The position numbers and the translations under genes are program-made. A stretch of 37,171 nucleotides of DNA from Fibrobacter sp. Its GTDB lineage: Bacteria > Krumholzibacteriota > Krumholzibacteriia > LZORAL124-64-63. The stretch is taken from contig DYDD01000003.1 in NCBI GenBank assembly GCA_020718045.1, positions 21,687-58,857 on the forward strand, read 5' to 3'. Below are positions 7,765 to 16,160 of this stretch, one piece after another; position 1 is the stretch's first letter; each line of letters starts with the position of its first letter. The notes below the pieces were generated by a model, which was not told the DNA's origin, did no database searches, and saw only the letters and a list, made by a program, of their open reading frames with translations.

Positions 7765-8967
7765 CTAAAACACATAAGTCAGCGTGAACGCCGAAACCCC
7801 CTCGCCGCCCGCGCCGAACAGGCCCGCGGAGGTCAGTCCGGGGTTCACGGGCGCGCTGTCGTTGTGGGCGAAGTCCGCCGTCAGCCGACCGTGGCGCACG
7901 GCGAAGCCCAGGCTCAGCGGCGTGGCGACCGCTTCGAGCCGGTCGCGGTCCGTCGTGGGGTGCTCGCCCGTCGCGGTGCGCAGCCGGTCGTCGTGCACGC
8001 GCACGTACTGCATGGAGGCGCGTGCCGTGAGCCAGGGGAGGACCGCCGATTCGAGACCGGCGCGCCCCCGGATCTGGTAGAAGTCGCGCTCGCTGCGGCT
8101 CCAGTCCGCGCTCAGGGAACCCGCTTCGCGCAGGTCCAGGTCCTGGTGTCCGCCGCGGTACTCGACGCCGACGAGCAGCAGGGTGTCGGGGTCGGGGCGC
8201 AGGTTGGCGGCGATGCCGAGGCTCGTCATCGCGGCGTCGAGGTCGGCGGGGCTGTTGATGTCGTCGTCGAAGGTGGCGCGCCGGTCGCGGAAATGGTCGA
8301 CGAGCGGCACCAGGGTCAGGTCGGGGGCCAGTTCGACGAAGCCGCGCAGCCGCAGGCCGAACGTGGACCAGTCGTTCGTGGGCGACAGGTGGTAGAGGGA
8401 GCCGTGGCTTTCGGCGCGGCTGTTGACGATCTCGCCCGCGACCTCGAGGCGCAGTCCGGGCCGCGGCTCGCCGCCCACGCCGAGGCCGTAGTGGTGGTAG
8501 TACTGGGCGTCGATGCGGTCGCCGACGAGCGCGCCGACCTCGGAATCCCCGTACGTGGTGAACCGCCCGCACAGCCCCACGTCCAGCGGGCCGCAGCGGC
8601 GCGACCACAGCGCTGAGAAGGCGCCGTCGGTATCGCTCTGGGGCAGGTGGTCCTGGAAATAGAAGGCCGCGGTGCCCCAGCCCCCGTCCCGGGACAGGCG
8701 CGCGTGGACGCCGCCCCCGTGGCCGATCAGGCCCTGGTCCGCCGGGGCGCGGTCGCGGCCGTGCAGCAGGTCGCCGAACTCGAACACGGCCCGGTCGGGG
8801 TAGTCGCCGAGGCTGCCGTACCAACGCAGCACGTCGACCGTGTCGGGGCAGTAGCCGGCGTCGCCGCCCAGGGCGAGCAGGCGGGCGGTGCCCGCGCCGG
8901 CCGGGGCGGCGGCCGAGAACAGGGTGCACGTCGACACGATGGCGAACAGACGGGATCGGCGGTTCAT
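7765..8967 (-). CDS. outer-membrane beta-barrel protein (PorV/FadL-like N-terminal motif, C-terminal Phe)
   Basis: ATG at 8967 has GAGGAG 8 nt upstream. A signal peptide is present (LFAIVSTCTLFSAAAPAGA). The sequence shows alternating amphipathic strands and ends ...AFTLTYVF. The motif ARLLALGGDAGY...WYGSL resembles the start of PorV/UPF0164-type barrels. The subfamily assignment is uncertain. Confidence 0.7.
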   Translation of the reverse strand: MNRRSRLFAIVSTCTLFSAAAPAGAGTARLLALGGDAGYCPDTVDVLRWYGSLGDYPDRAVFEFGDLLHGRDRAPADQGLIGHGGGVHARLSRDGGWGTAAFYFQDHLPQSDTDGAFSALWSRRCGPLDVGLCGRFTTYGDSEVGALVGDRIDAQYYHHYGLGVGGEPRPGLRLEVAGEIVNSRAESHGSLYHLSPTNDWSTFGLRLRGFVELAPDLTLVPLVDHFRDRRATFDDDINSPADLDAAMTSLGIAANLRPDPDTLLLVGVEYRGGHQDLDLREAGSLSADWSRSERDFYQIRGRAGLESAVLPWLTARASMQYVRVHDDRLRTATGEHPTTDRDRLEAVATPLSLGFAVRHGRLTADFAHNDSAPVNPGLTSAGLFGAGGEGVSAFTLTYVF

Positions 8968-8974
8968 GGCTCGG

Positions 8975-10735
8975 TCACTCCTCGGGAAATTCCTTGAAGA
9001 ACGTGGGGTGCCCCTGGACGAAGACGCCGCAGTCGGGGTGGCTCCAGATCGTGGTGAACACCTCGGCCGGCAGGCCGGCCTCGCGGGACCAGGCGTCGCC
9101 GTGGTAGCGCTGGACCTGGTCGGCGAACAGCAGGAACAGGTCGTCGTCGCGCAGTTCGGTCATCGTGATCAGCCAGGTGGGCAGCGCCGCATCGTCGGAG
9201 ACGCGGCGCAGGTCGCCGTCCCGGTAGCGGTACACGATGGAGTGCGTCGGACTGCCGGCTTGGCCGCCGATCCAGAGCGTCTCGCCGCTCCGCGAGGCGC
9301 ACAGCCGGGCGTAGACGAGGCCGGGGAGGTCGGCCAGCGCCTCGAACGTCTCGCCGTTCCAGCGCTGCAGGCTGATCGTGCCGTTCGACACCAGCGCGTG
9401 CAGCGAACCCGACGCCGTGGCGGCCAGATCGTGGACGGCGCCGTCGACCGAGTCGACATCGCGCCAGCCGACGCCGTTCCAGAGCCGCAGACCGGCGGCC
9501 GTGACGGCGAAGATGCTGTCGGGAGTCGCGGCGTGGACGCTGCTCAGGTTGAAGCCGGGCGAAGGGATCGCCTGCCAGCCGCCGGCGGGACGGCGCAGGG
9601 AGATCACGTCGCCGCCCTTGGCCAGGACCCAGCCGTCGGCGAGCGCCTGGATGACGGAGACGCTGCGGTTGCCGGGCAGGTCGGACGTCTCGCGGGTCCA
9701 GGCGGCGCCGTCGTAGTGCAGGACGCGGCCCCACCAGCCGCCCGCCCAGATGTCGTCGCAGCCCGTGCCGTCGATGGCGTTCAGTTGGCGGTACCCGAGA
9801 CTCAGGGCCGACTCGTTCCAGGTGAAGCCCACGGTGTCGCGCGTGGCGGCCATCAGGGTGCCGCCGTAGCCGCAGGCGAGCAGGCCGTCGGATCCGCAGC
9901 GGGCCAGACCGTAGATCCAGCGTCCGGTGTCGTTGCGCCAGATCGTCGTGCTCACGGTGTCGCGCAGGACGATGCCGCCGTCGTTAACCCAGATCATCCC
10001 GTCCAGGTCGAGCAGCGTCTTGATGGTGGACCAGTCGCCGGACTGTCGCGTCCAGCCGGTCTGCGGGTCGCGCTCGAAGACCATGGCGTTGTAATAGGTC
10101 AGGTCGGCCCAGAACAGGCGTCCGTCGCCGTGCTGGACGCCGCCGTACTCCATGGACAGCTCCCGTGAGGCGCTCCAGCCCCTCACGATCCAGATCAGGG
10201 AGTTGTCACCGACGCGGACGAGACCGTCGTCGGCCGTCCAGACCGTCGCGCTGGTGGCGCGCGGACCGGCTACGGTCCGCCAGTCGGCGCCGTCGCGGAT
10301 GCGCAGGCCGAACGAGCCCACGACGTACAGCCGGCCGTCGTCGGCACAGTGGAGATCCTGGATCGTCTCCTCGGGGAAGCGGTCCTCGATGTGCCAGGCG
10401 CGGCCGTCGAAGTGCAGCAGGTGGTCCTCGCCCGCGGCGTAGACGTCGTCGCGCCCCCAGGCGTCGATGGTCGCCAGCCGGACGTCGACCGGGCTGTCGA
10501 CGCTGATCACCGTCCGCCCGTCCCAGTGCACGATGCTGCCCTGGGCGCCGACCGCCCAGACATCGGTGGGCGAGTCGCCCCAGACCGCGTTGAGATCGTA
10601 GCCGCCGGGCAGGGGGTGGAAGACGCGCCAGCCGTCGGCGGGGCCGAAGGGCGTGGGTTCCAGCGTGTCCGGGGCGCAGCCCGACGCCAGCAGGGCGAAG
10701 GCGAATAGGACGGCCGGAACGGTCGATCGGGTCAT
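8975..10735 (-). CDS. lipoprotein with about 12 beta-propeller blades (Ycf48/BNR-like repeats)
   Basis: Internal ATG at 10735 gives MTRSTVPAVLFAFALLASGC, a lipobox. The blade motif hWAVGxxGxhhHWDGxxW recurs (VWAVGAQGSIVHWDGRTV, VYAAGEDHLLHFDGRAWH, IWAGGWWGRVLHYDGAAWT, IFAVTAAGLRLWNGVGWR and others). Its stop lies 7 nt before the barrel gene start. Confidence 0.8.
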   Translation of the reverse strand: MTRSTVPAVLFAFALLASGCAPDTLEPTPFGPADGWRVFHPLPGGYDLNAVWGDSPTDVWAVGAQGSIVHWDGRTVISVDSPVDVRLATIDAWGRDDVYAAGEDHLLHFDGRAWHIEDRFPEETIQDLHCADDGRLYVVGSFGLRIRDGADWRTVAGPRATSATVWTADDGLVRVGDNSLIWIVRGWSASRELSMEYGGVQHGDGRLFWADLTYYNAMVFERDPQTGWTRQSGDWSTIKTLLDLDGMIWVNDGGIVLRDTVSTTIWRNDTGRWIYGLARCGSDGLLACGYGGTLMAATRDTVGFTWNESALSLGYRQLNAIDGTGCDDIWAGGWWGRVLHYDGAAWTRETSDLPGNRSVSVIQALADGWVLAKGGDVISLRRPAGGWQAIPSPGFNLSSVHAATPDSIFAVTAAGLRLWNGVGWRDVDSVDGAVHDLAATASGSLHALVSNGTISLQRWNGETFEALADLPGLVYARLCASRSGETLWIGGQAGSPTHSIVYRYRDGDLRRVSDDAALPTWLITMTELRDDDLFLLFADQVQRYHGDAWSREAGLPAEVFTTIWSHPDCGVFVQGHPTFFKEFPEE

Positions 10736-10984
10736 GGCGCGCGTCCTCGTGCGATGGCTCCGGGCGTGCGGGGAGGTCGGAGTTCGCATGACGATACCGG
10801 CCGGCGGCGTTCCGCGACAGCCTGCATGGATTTCGGGGAATCCTCACACATGCAGGGGGCGGGGGCAAGGGGGATCAGCGGCCGCGGTCAGGTTGACGCC
10901 GGGATGCAAATCCGCTATGGACAAGGGAGGCCTCGCCGCTTCAGGCTGCTGCCGCGCGATCTGGACGATTCGCGGAGGGACGAC

Positions 10985-11365
10985 GTGAAACTACGTTGGA
11001 CGGCGATGATCCTGCTGCTGACCCTCGCCACACTGCCGATGCCGGCGGTGGCGGATCTCCATGCCGATTCGGCGACGGTCCGCAACCTCCGGCGCTACCC
11101 GACCGGCCAGGTGCGCGAGATGGAGCTCGAGGGGGCCAGGTACAAGACCCTGATCGTCGCCACGCTGCCGATGGCGAAGGAGCGCGGCGATCTCAGCGTC
11201 TATACCGACGTCGCTTACGAGGTCCTGGCGACCGGCGAGGTCGTGATCACGGCGACGCGGTACTCGGAACTCAAGAAGTACAGCAGCCCGCTCGCGCTGA
11301 GGATCGCCCCGCAGGATGACGGCGGCTGGCGGATCGTCGAAGAAGCGAGCGAATCCCAGCCCTGA
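10985..11365 (+). CDS. small secreted hypothetical protein
   Basis: GTG at 10985 has GGAGGGA 4 nt upstream. A signal peptide is present (AMILLLTLATLPMPAVA). The upstream part of ORF 10754-11365 lies in the divergent promoter region. There is no recognisable family. Confidence 0.55.
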   Translation: MKLRWTAMILLLTLATLPMPAVADLHADSATVRNLRRYPTGQVREMELEGARYKTLIVATLPMAKERGDLSVYTDVAYEVLATGEVVITATRYSELKKYSSPLALRIAPQDDGGWRIVEEASESQP

Positions 11366-11390
11366 CGGTCCGCGTTCGCGGAGGAGCTCC

Positions 11391-13391
11391 ATGACCCAGC
11401 TGCCGGTTCTGCGCGACCTGGTGATCGTGCTGGCCGTCTCGCTGACGGTCGTGTTCGCGCTGCGCCGCGCCGGCGTGCCGACGATCGCCGCCCTGCTGCT
11501 GTCGGGCGTGGTGCTGGGTCCCGGCAGCCTGGGCCTGGTGCGCGAGCATGAGAGCATCGAGGTCGTGGCCGAGATCGGCGTGGCGATGCTGCTGTTCGGG
11601 ATCGGGTTGAAGCTGTCGCTGCGCGAGCTGGCGCGGCTGCGCTCCCTGATCCTCGGGGCGGGCGGGATGCAGGTCGGGCTGACCATCCTGGTCGGCGTGA
11701 TCGCAGCGTCCGCCTTCGGCTACCCGACCGGGCAGGCCGTGTTCTTCGGTTTCCTGCTCGCGCTGAGCTCGCCGGCCATCGTGCTGAAGATGTTCGAGAA
11801 CCGGGGCGAGACCGATGCGCCGCACGGGCGGCTGGGGCTGAGCATGCTGGTGTTCCAGGACCTCGCGGTCGTGCCCATGATGCTGCTGCTGCCGGTGCTC
11901 GGGCGCACCGAAGGGCTCTCGTGGGGGCGGGCGGGGGTCTTGCTGGCCTGGTCGTTCGCCATGGTCGTGGCGATCGTCGTCTGTGCGCGCTTCCTGTTCC
12001 CGCGGATGCTGGAGCAGGTCGTGCGCGCCCGCAGCCGCGAACTGTTCGTGCTGGCCACGCTGCTGACGGTGCTGGGCACGGCCTGGCTGGGCAGCCTGGC
12101 GGGCCTGTCGCTGGCGCTCGGCGCGTTCCTGGCCGGCATCGTGGTGGCGGACTCGGAGTACGCCCAGCAGGTGCTGGCCGAGATCGTGCCCCTGCGCGAC
12201 GCCTTCGGCAGCCTGTTCTTCGTGTCGGTCGGCATGCTGCTGGACCCCGCGATCTGGCTGCACGAGCCGCTGGCCACGCTCGGCCTGGGCGCGGCGGTGC
12301 TGGTTGGCAAGGCGCTGATCGTGACCGCCACGGCGCTCGCCTTCGGCTTCGGCGCGCGCGCGGCGGTGCTGGCGGGCCTGGCCCTGGCCCAGATCGGGGA
12401 GTTCTCGTTCATCCTGGCCGGGGCCGGGGCGGCTCACGGCCTGATCGGCGGCGAGCTGATGCAGCGCTTCCTGGCCGTGTCGGTGCTGACGATGCTGCTG
12501 ACGCCGTTCCTGGTCCTGCTGTCGCCGCGACTGGCGACGCGCACCGAGAGCGCGCCCTGGCTGCGGCGGCTGCTCGCGGTCCGGCCGTCCCGGGCCGGGA
12601 TCGCCGGGGATGCGGACCGGGCCGCGCTGCGAGACCACGTCGTGGTGGTCGGGCACGGGCTCAACGGCCGCAACGTGGTGCGGGTCCTGCGCGAACGCGA
12701 CATCCCCTACGTGGTGCTCGAGCTGAACCCGCACACTGTGCGCGAGGCGCGCGAGCGGGGCGAGCCGTCGCTCTACGGGGACGCCGCCAACCCCGACGTG
12801 CTGGCCCACGCCGGAATCGCCCGCGCGCGGGTGCTCGTGGTGGCGATCGCCGACCCGTCGGCGACGCGGCAGATCGTGGCGCTGGCGCGCGGCGCCGCGC
12901 CCCAGCTGAAGATCCTGGTGCGCACGCGGTACGTCAGCGAGGTTGACGCGCTCTACCGGCTCGGCGCCGACGAGGTGGTGCCTGAGGAGTTTGAAACATC
13001 GCTCGAACTGGCCGGCGCGGCCATGGCGGCCTTCGGGGTGCCCGGCCGCGCCATCGAACGCGACAAGGTGCGCATCCGGCAGGAGCGGTACGCGTCGCTG
13101 GCGGCGGGCGGGCACGCGACGCCGGCCGCCGCGCCCTTGAGTCAGTTGCTGACCGTCGCCGATCTGGACGAATTGCTCCTGGGAGAGAGCGGACCGGCGC
13201 ACGGCCGCTCCCTGCGCGACCTCGACCTGCGTGGCCGTACCGGCGCCTCGGTGGTGGCTGTGGCGCGCGACGGCGAGCTGACGGGCAACCCGCCGCCGGA
13301 TTTCGCAGTGCGGTCCGGTGACGTTCTCTGGGTGTGGGGGCAGCCGGAGCAGACGAAGGCGGTTCGGGAGCTGTTTCGAGCCGGGGATTAG
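11391..13391 (+). CDS. CPA2-family monovalent cation:proton antiporter (Kef/YbaL type) with RCK (TrkA-N and TrkA-C) domains
   Basis: ATG at 11391 has GGAGGAG upstream. There are about 12 hydrophobic segments. The Rossmann motif is VVVVGHGLNGRNV. The C-terminal part GRSLRDLDLRGRTGASVVAVARDGEL...GDVLWVWG is TrkA-C-like. Confidence 0.85.
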   Translation: MTQLPVLRDLVIVLAVSLTVVFALRRAGVPTIAALLLSGVVLGPGSLGLVREHESIEVVAEIGVAMLLFGIGLKLSLRELARLRSLILGAGGMQVGLTILVGVIAASAFGYPTGQAVFFGFLLALSSPAIVLKMFENRGETDAPHGRLGLSMLVFQDLAVVPMMLLLPVLGRTEGLSWGRAGVLLAWSFAMVVAIVVCARFLFPRMLEQVVRARSRELFVLATLLTVLGTAWLGSLAGLSLALGAFLAGIVVADSEYAQQVLAEIVPLRDAFGSLFFVSVGMLLDPAIWLHEPLATLGLGAAVLVGKALIVTATALAFGFGARAAVLAGLALAQIGEFSFILAGAGAAHGLIGGELMQRFLAVSVLTMLLTPFLVLLSPRLATRTESAPWLRRLLAVRPSRAGIAGDADRAALRDHVVVVGHGLNGRNVVRVLRERDIPYVVLELNPHTVREARERGEPSLYGDAANPDVLAHAGIARARVLVVAIADPSATRQIVALARGAAPQLKILVRTRYVSEVDALYRLGADEVVPEEFETSLELAGAAMAAFGVPGRAIERDKVRIRQERYASLAAGGHATPAAAPLSQLLTVADLDELLLGESGPAHGRSLRDLDLRGRTGASVVAVARDGELTGNPPPDFAVRSGDVLWVWGQPEQTKAVRELFRAGD

Positions 13392-13423
13392 GAAAATCGT
13401 CTTCCCATCGGCTCCTAGTTCGC

Positions 13424-13466
13424 GAAATATAGATATTTATGTATAATAAATAGGATACATTGCAAA
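13424..13466 (+). promoter_or_regulatory. AT-rich island, related copy of the island at 16161-16203
   Basis: AAATATAGATATTTATGTATAATAAATAGGATACATTGCA aligns with 16161-16201 at about 30 of 41 columns with one gap (hand alignment). It contains TATAAT at 13442-13447 and lies 106 nt upstream of GTG 13572. Confidence 0.45.
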
Positions 13467-13502
13467 GCGATGTTGTCCTGGTGGCCCCTGCACCTGGGAC
13501 TT

Positions 13503-13559
13503 CTTTTCAAACTTGACAACACTTTGCGCGCGACGATAAGTGTCGCATAGTTTGAAAAG
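13503..13559 (+). promoter_or_regulatory. 57-bp imperfect palindrome abutting the RBS of the ATPase gene
   Basis: The arms are 13503-13524 and 13538-13559. The outer 11 bp (CTTTTCAAACT / AGTTTGAAAAG) and the inner 6 bp (ACACTT / AAGTGT) are perfect complements, separated by a 5-nt mismatched block, with a 13-nt centre. The left arm contains TTGACA (13513-13518). The palindrome ends at the GAGAGGGGGG SD. Confidence 0.5.
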
Positions 13560-13571
13560 AGAGGGGGGATC

Positions 13572-14810
13572 GTGGACCCGAGGAAGAATCCGTTCGCACC
13601 GGGAGCAGGGTCGAAGCCGCCCGCTCTCGTGGGGCGTGATGCCCAGATCGAATCCTTCGATGTCCTGCTCGAGCGGCTCGAGAACGGGTACAGCGAACAG
13701 TCCATGATCGTCACAGGACTCAGGGGTGTCGGCAAGACCGTCCTGTTGGATGTGTTCCGCGAGAAAGCCGAAGCGCGCAATTGGGCGACCGTGGAATGGG
13801 AGGTCGAGAAGAACGCTCCCTTCGGCCCGAAGATCTCGACACTGGCTCGGCGGGCGCTCCTGCAGATCGCACCCAAGACCCGCTGGACCGACCGCGTCCG
13901 CAAGGCCGCGGCAATCCTGAAGTCGTTCACCGTCACGTTCAATCCCGATGGTGCGGTCACGGCCGGACTCGACATCGAGACCCTGCCTGGGGCGGGTGAT
14001 AGCGGAGAGCTGAGTGAAGACCTCTCGGATCTGTTCATCGCCTTGGGCGAAGCGGCGAAGGAACAGAAGATCGGCGTCATCTTCCTGCTCGACGAGATCC
14101 AATACCTGCAAGCGCGTGAATTGGAAGCATTCATCACCGCGCTTCACAGATGCGCGCGCCGATCCCTGCCCGTGACGCTCGTCGGTGCCGGTCTGCCGCA
14201 GATTCCGCGCCTGGCCGGCGAAGCGAAATCCTACAGCGAAAGACTATTCACGTTTCCCAGGATCGGAGAATTGAATCCGGGAACCGACGCCCGCGATGCA
14301 TTGATCCTGCCGGCGCGCGCCCTGGGTGTCGAATTCGAGCCGGAGGCGATCGATTTCATCGTCGAGTACACACAAGGCTATCCATATTTCCTTCAGGAAT
14401 ACGGGAAATTCGTGTGGGATGAAGCACCGGAAACGCCGGTCAAACATGATGACGCATGCTCGGTGCGCCCCCTGGTCGAAGCCAAACTCGATGACGGGTT
14501 CTTCAGGGTCCGGGCCGATCGGACCACGGAGTTGGAATTGACGTATCTCTATGCCATGGCCGTTCTCGGGCCGGAGCCACACCGAGCCAGCGAAGTCGCC
14601 AGGAGCATCCGGCGCACCTCGGAGCAGGCCGGCCCCATCCGTTCGAGATTGATCGACAAGGGTTTGCTTTACACACCAGGGCATGGATATGCGGCATTCA
14701 CGGTTCCCCAATTCGACCGGTACATGTTGCGCAGGCACGCGGGGATCGAGTTGAGCGATCCGCCGGCCGGCCGACCGAAGGCCACCATCCGCGAAGACCC
14801 GACATCATGA
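13572..14810 (+). CDS. AAA+ ATPase with a C-terminal winged-helix-like domain (Orc1/Cdc6- or 'archaeal ATPase'-like)
   Basis: GTG at 13572 follows the SD. The N-terminal motif is NPFAPGAGSKPPALVGRD. Walker A is GLRGVGKT (13716-13739) and Walker B is VIFLLDEIQ. The C-terminal part ELELTYLYAMAVLGPEPHRASEVARSI...IRSRLIDKGLLY is wHTH-like. GC content is clearly lower than in the neighbouring genes. Confidence 0.8.
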   Translation: MDPRKNPFAPGAGSKPPALVGRDAQIESFDVLLERLENGYSEQSMIVTGLRGVGKTVLLDVFREKAEARNWATVEWEVEKNAPFGPKISTLARRALLQIAPKTRWTDRVRKAAAILKSFTVTFNPDGAVTAGLDIETLPGAGDSGELSEDLSDLFIALGEAAKEQKIGVIFLLDEIQYLQARELEAFITALHRCARRSLPVTLVGAGLPQIPRLAGEAKSYSERLFTFPRIGELNPGTDARDALILPARALGVEFEPEAIDFIVEYTQGYPYFLQEYGKFVWDEAPETPVKHDDACSVRPLVEAKLDDGFFRVRADRTTELELTYLYAMAVLGPEPHRASEVARSIRRTSEQAGPIRSRLIDKGLLYTPGHGYAAFTVPQFDRYMLRRHAGIELSDPPAGRPKATIREDPTS

Positions 14811-15394
14811 CGATGAAGCTGACGACCCGTGAGCTGGCTCCCACGCTTTGGCCCCAGGTGGAAGAGCTCTTCGGCGCCAAGGGCGCCTGCGGCGGCTGCT
14901 GGTGCCAGGCTTGGCGCATCGGTCCCGGCGAGAAGTGGGACGAGATCAAGGGCGATCCGGCCAAGGCGCGGCTGCGCGCCGGCGTGGCGGACGGCAGCGT
15001 CCACGCCGTGCTGGCTTTCGAGGGTGAGCGGCCGGTCGGCTGGTGCACCTTCGGTCCGCGCCTGTCGTTCCCGAAGCTGGCCCGGGCCCGCACGCTGAAG
15101 TGCGACGACGCCGAGCGCGTCTGGTCGATCACCTGCTTCTTCATCGTGCGCGACTGCCGGGGGCGCGGCGTGGCCACGGCTTTGCTCGACCACGCGCTGC
15201 GCGCGATGAAGCGCCGCGGAGTCGGGATCGTCGAGGGGTACCCGTCGAAGCCCGACGCGGCCGGCAACTACGTGCCCACCTTCGCCTGGACCGGGACCCA
15301 GTCGCTGTTCCGCAAGGCGGGCTTCGTGGTGGTCGGCAATCCCGATGGTGGTCGACAGCGGGTCCGTTTGATGCTTGGTCGCGCTGATCCCTGA
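14807..15394 (+). CDS. GNAT-family N-acetyltransferase (CGGCWC subfamily)
   Basis: The ATG overlaps the ATPase stop (ATGA at 14807-14810). The acetyl-CoA motif is RGRGVATALLDHAL. The N-terminal motif is GACGGCWCQAWR. Confidence 0.85.
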   Translation: MTMKLTTRELAPTLWPQVEELFGAKGACGGCWCQAWRIGPGEKWDEIKGDPAKARLRAGVADGSVHAVLAFEGERPVGWCTFGPRLSFPKLARARTLKCDDAERVWSITCFFIVRDCRGRGVATALLDHALRAMKRRGVGIVEGYPSKPDAAGNYVPTFAWTGTQSLFRKAGFVVVGNPDGGRQRVRLMLGRADP

Positions 15395-15449
15395 TGTCAG
15401 GGACGAGCAGCACCGGAATACAAAATCGCGCGCCAGGGAGGCTGGGCCG

Positions 15450-16154
15450 ATGATTGAACAATACCATTTTTCCGGCTTTCCACCGGCCGCCGTCCGCTTC
15501 TTCGAGGACCTGGCGCGTCACAACGATCGCGACTGGTTCCTGGCGCACAAGCCGCGCTACCAGGAGGCCGTGCTCGACCCGGCGCGCGCCTTCGTCGTGG
15601 AGATGGGCGTGCGGCTGCGCCGCGTGGCGCCGCAGATCCAGTTCGACCCCCGCACCGACGGCTCGGGATCGATCTTCCGGATCCACCGCGACGTGCGCTT
15701 CAGCAAGGACAAGTCGCCCTACAAGACGCACCTGGGCATCTTCTTCTGGGAGGGGGGGCGCAAGTGGGGGCCGGGGTTCTACTTCCACCTCGAGCCCCCG
15801 CGGCTGCAGCTCTACGTCGGCAAGTACGTCTTCGACAAGGAGGAGCTGGCGACCTGGCGGGCGGCGGTTGCCGATCCGGTGCGGGGCGCCGCGCTGGCGA
15901 AGCTGACGACGAAGATCGAGAACAAGGGGTACGAGCTGGGCGGCCAGCACTACAAGCGCGTGCCGGCCGGATTCGCCGCGGATCATCCGCGGGTCGAGCT
16001 GCTCAAGCACGACAGCATCTGGGTACGGCATGATGGACCGGTGCCGGCGGAACTGCGTTCGCGCGAGCTGCTCGATTTCTGCCAGGCGCACTACAAGGCC
16101 ATGAGCCCGTTGCATGGGTGGCTGCGGGAATTCGCAGCCAAGACCCGGTCTTGA
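15450..16154 (+). CDS. DUF2461 / TIGR02453-family protein
   Basis: ATG at 15450 has AGGGAGG upstream. Signatures are FSGFPPAAVRFFEDLARHNDRDWF...KPRY and IFRIHRDVRFSKDKSPYKTHLG, the hallmark of TIGR02453. Confidence 0.85.
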   Translation: MIEQYHFSGFPPAAVRFFEDLARHNDRDWFLAHKPRYQEAVLDPARAFVVEMGVRLRRVAPQIQFDPRTDGSGSIFRIHRDVRFSKDKSPYKTHLGIFFWEGGRKWGPGFYFHLEPPRLQLYVGKYVFDKEELATWRAAVADPVRGAALAKLTTKIENKGYELGGQHYKRVPAGFAADHPRVELLKHDSIWVRHDGPVPAELRSRELLDFCQAHYKAMSPLHGWLREFAAKTRS

Positions 16155-16160
16155 ACCCCA

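Noticed and set aside
10855-10873. Three G5 runs (GGGGGCGGGGGCAAGGGGG), a possible G-quadruplex.
   Set aside because: Only three runs are present and there is no fourth G-tract nearby, so a canonical intramolecular G4 cannot form.
13470-13550. A 26-codon hydrophobic ORF (MLSWWPLHLGLLFKLDNTLRATISVA) in the ATPase leader, a possible small toxin or leader peptide.
   Set aside because: It has no SD and no gene-like third-position GC bias. It largely coincides with the 57-bp palindrome, which explains the sequence better. I keep it only as a remote possibility.
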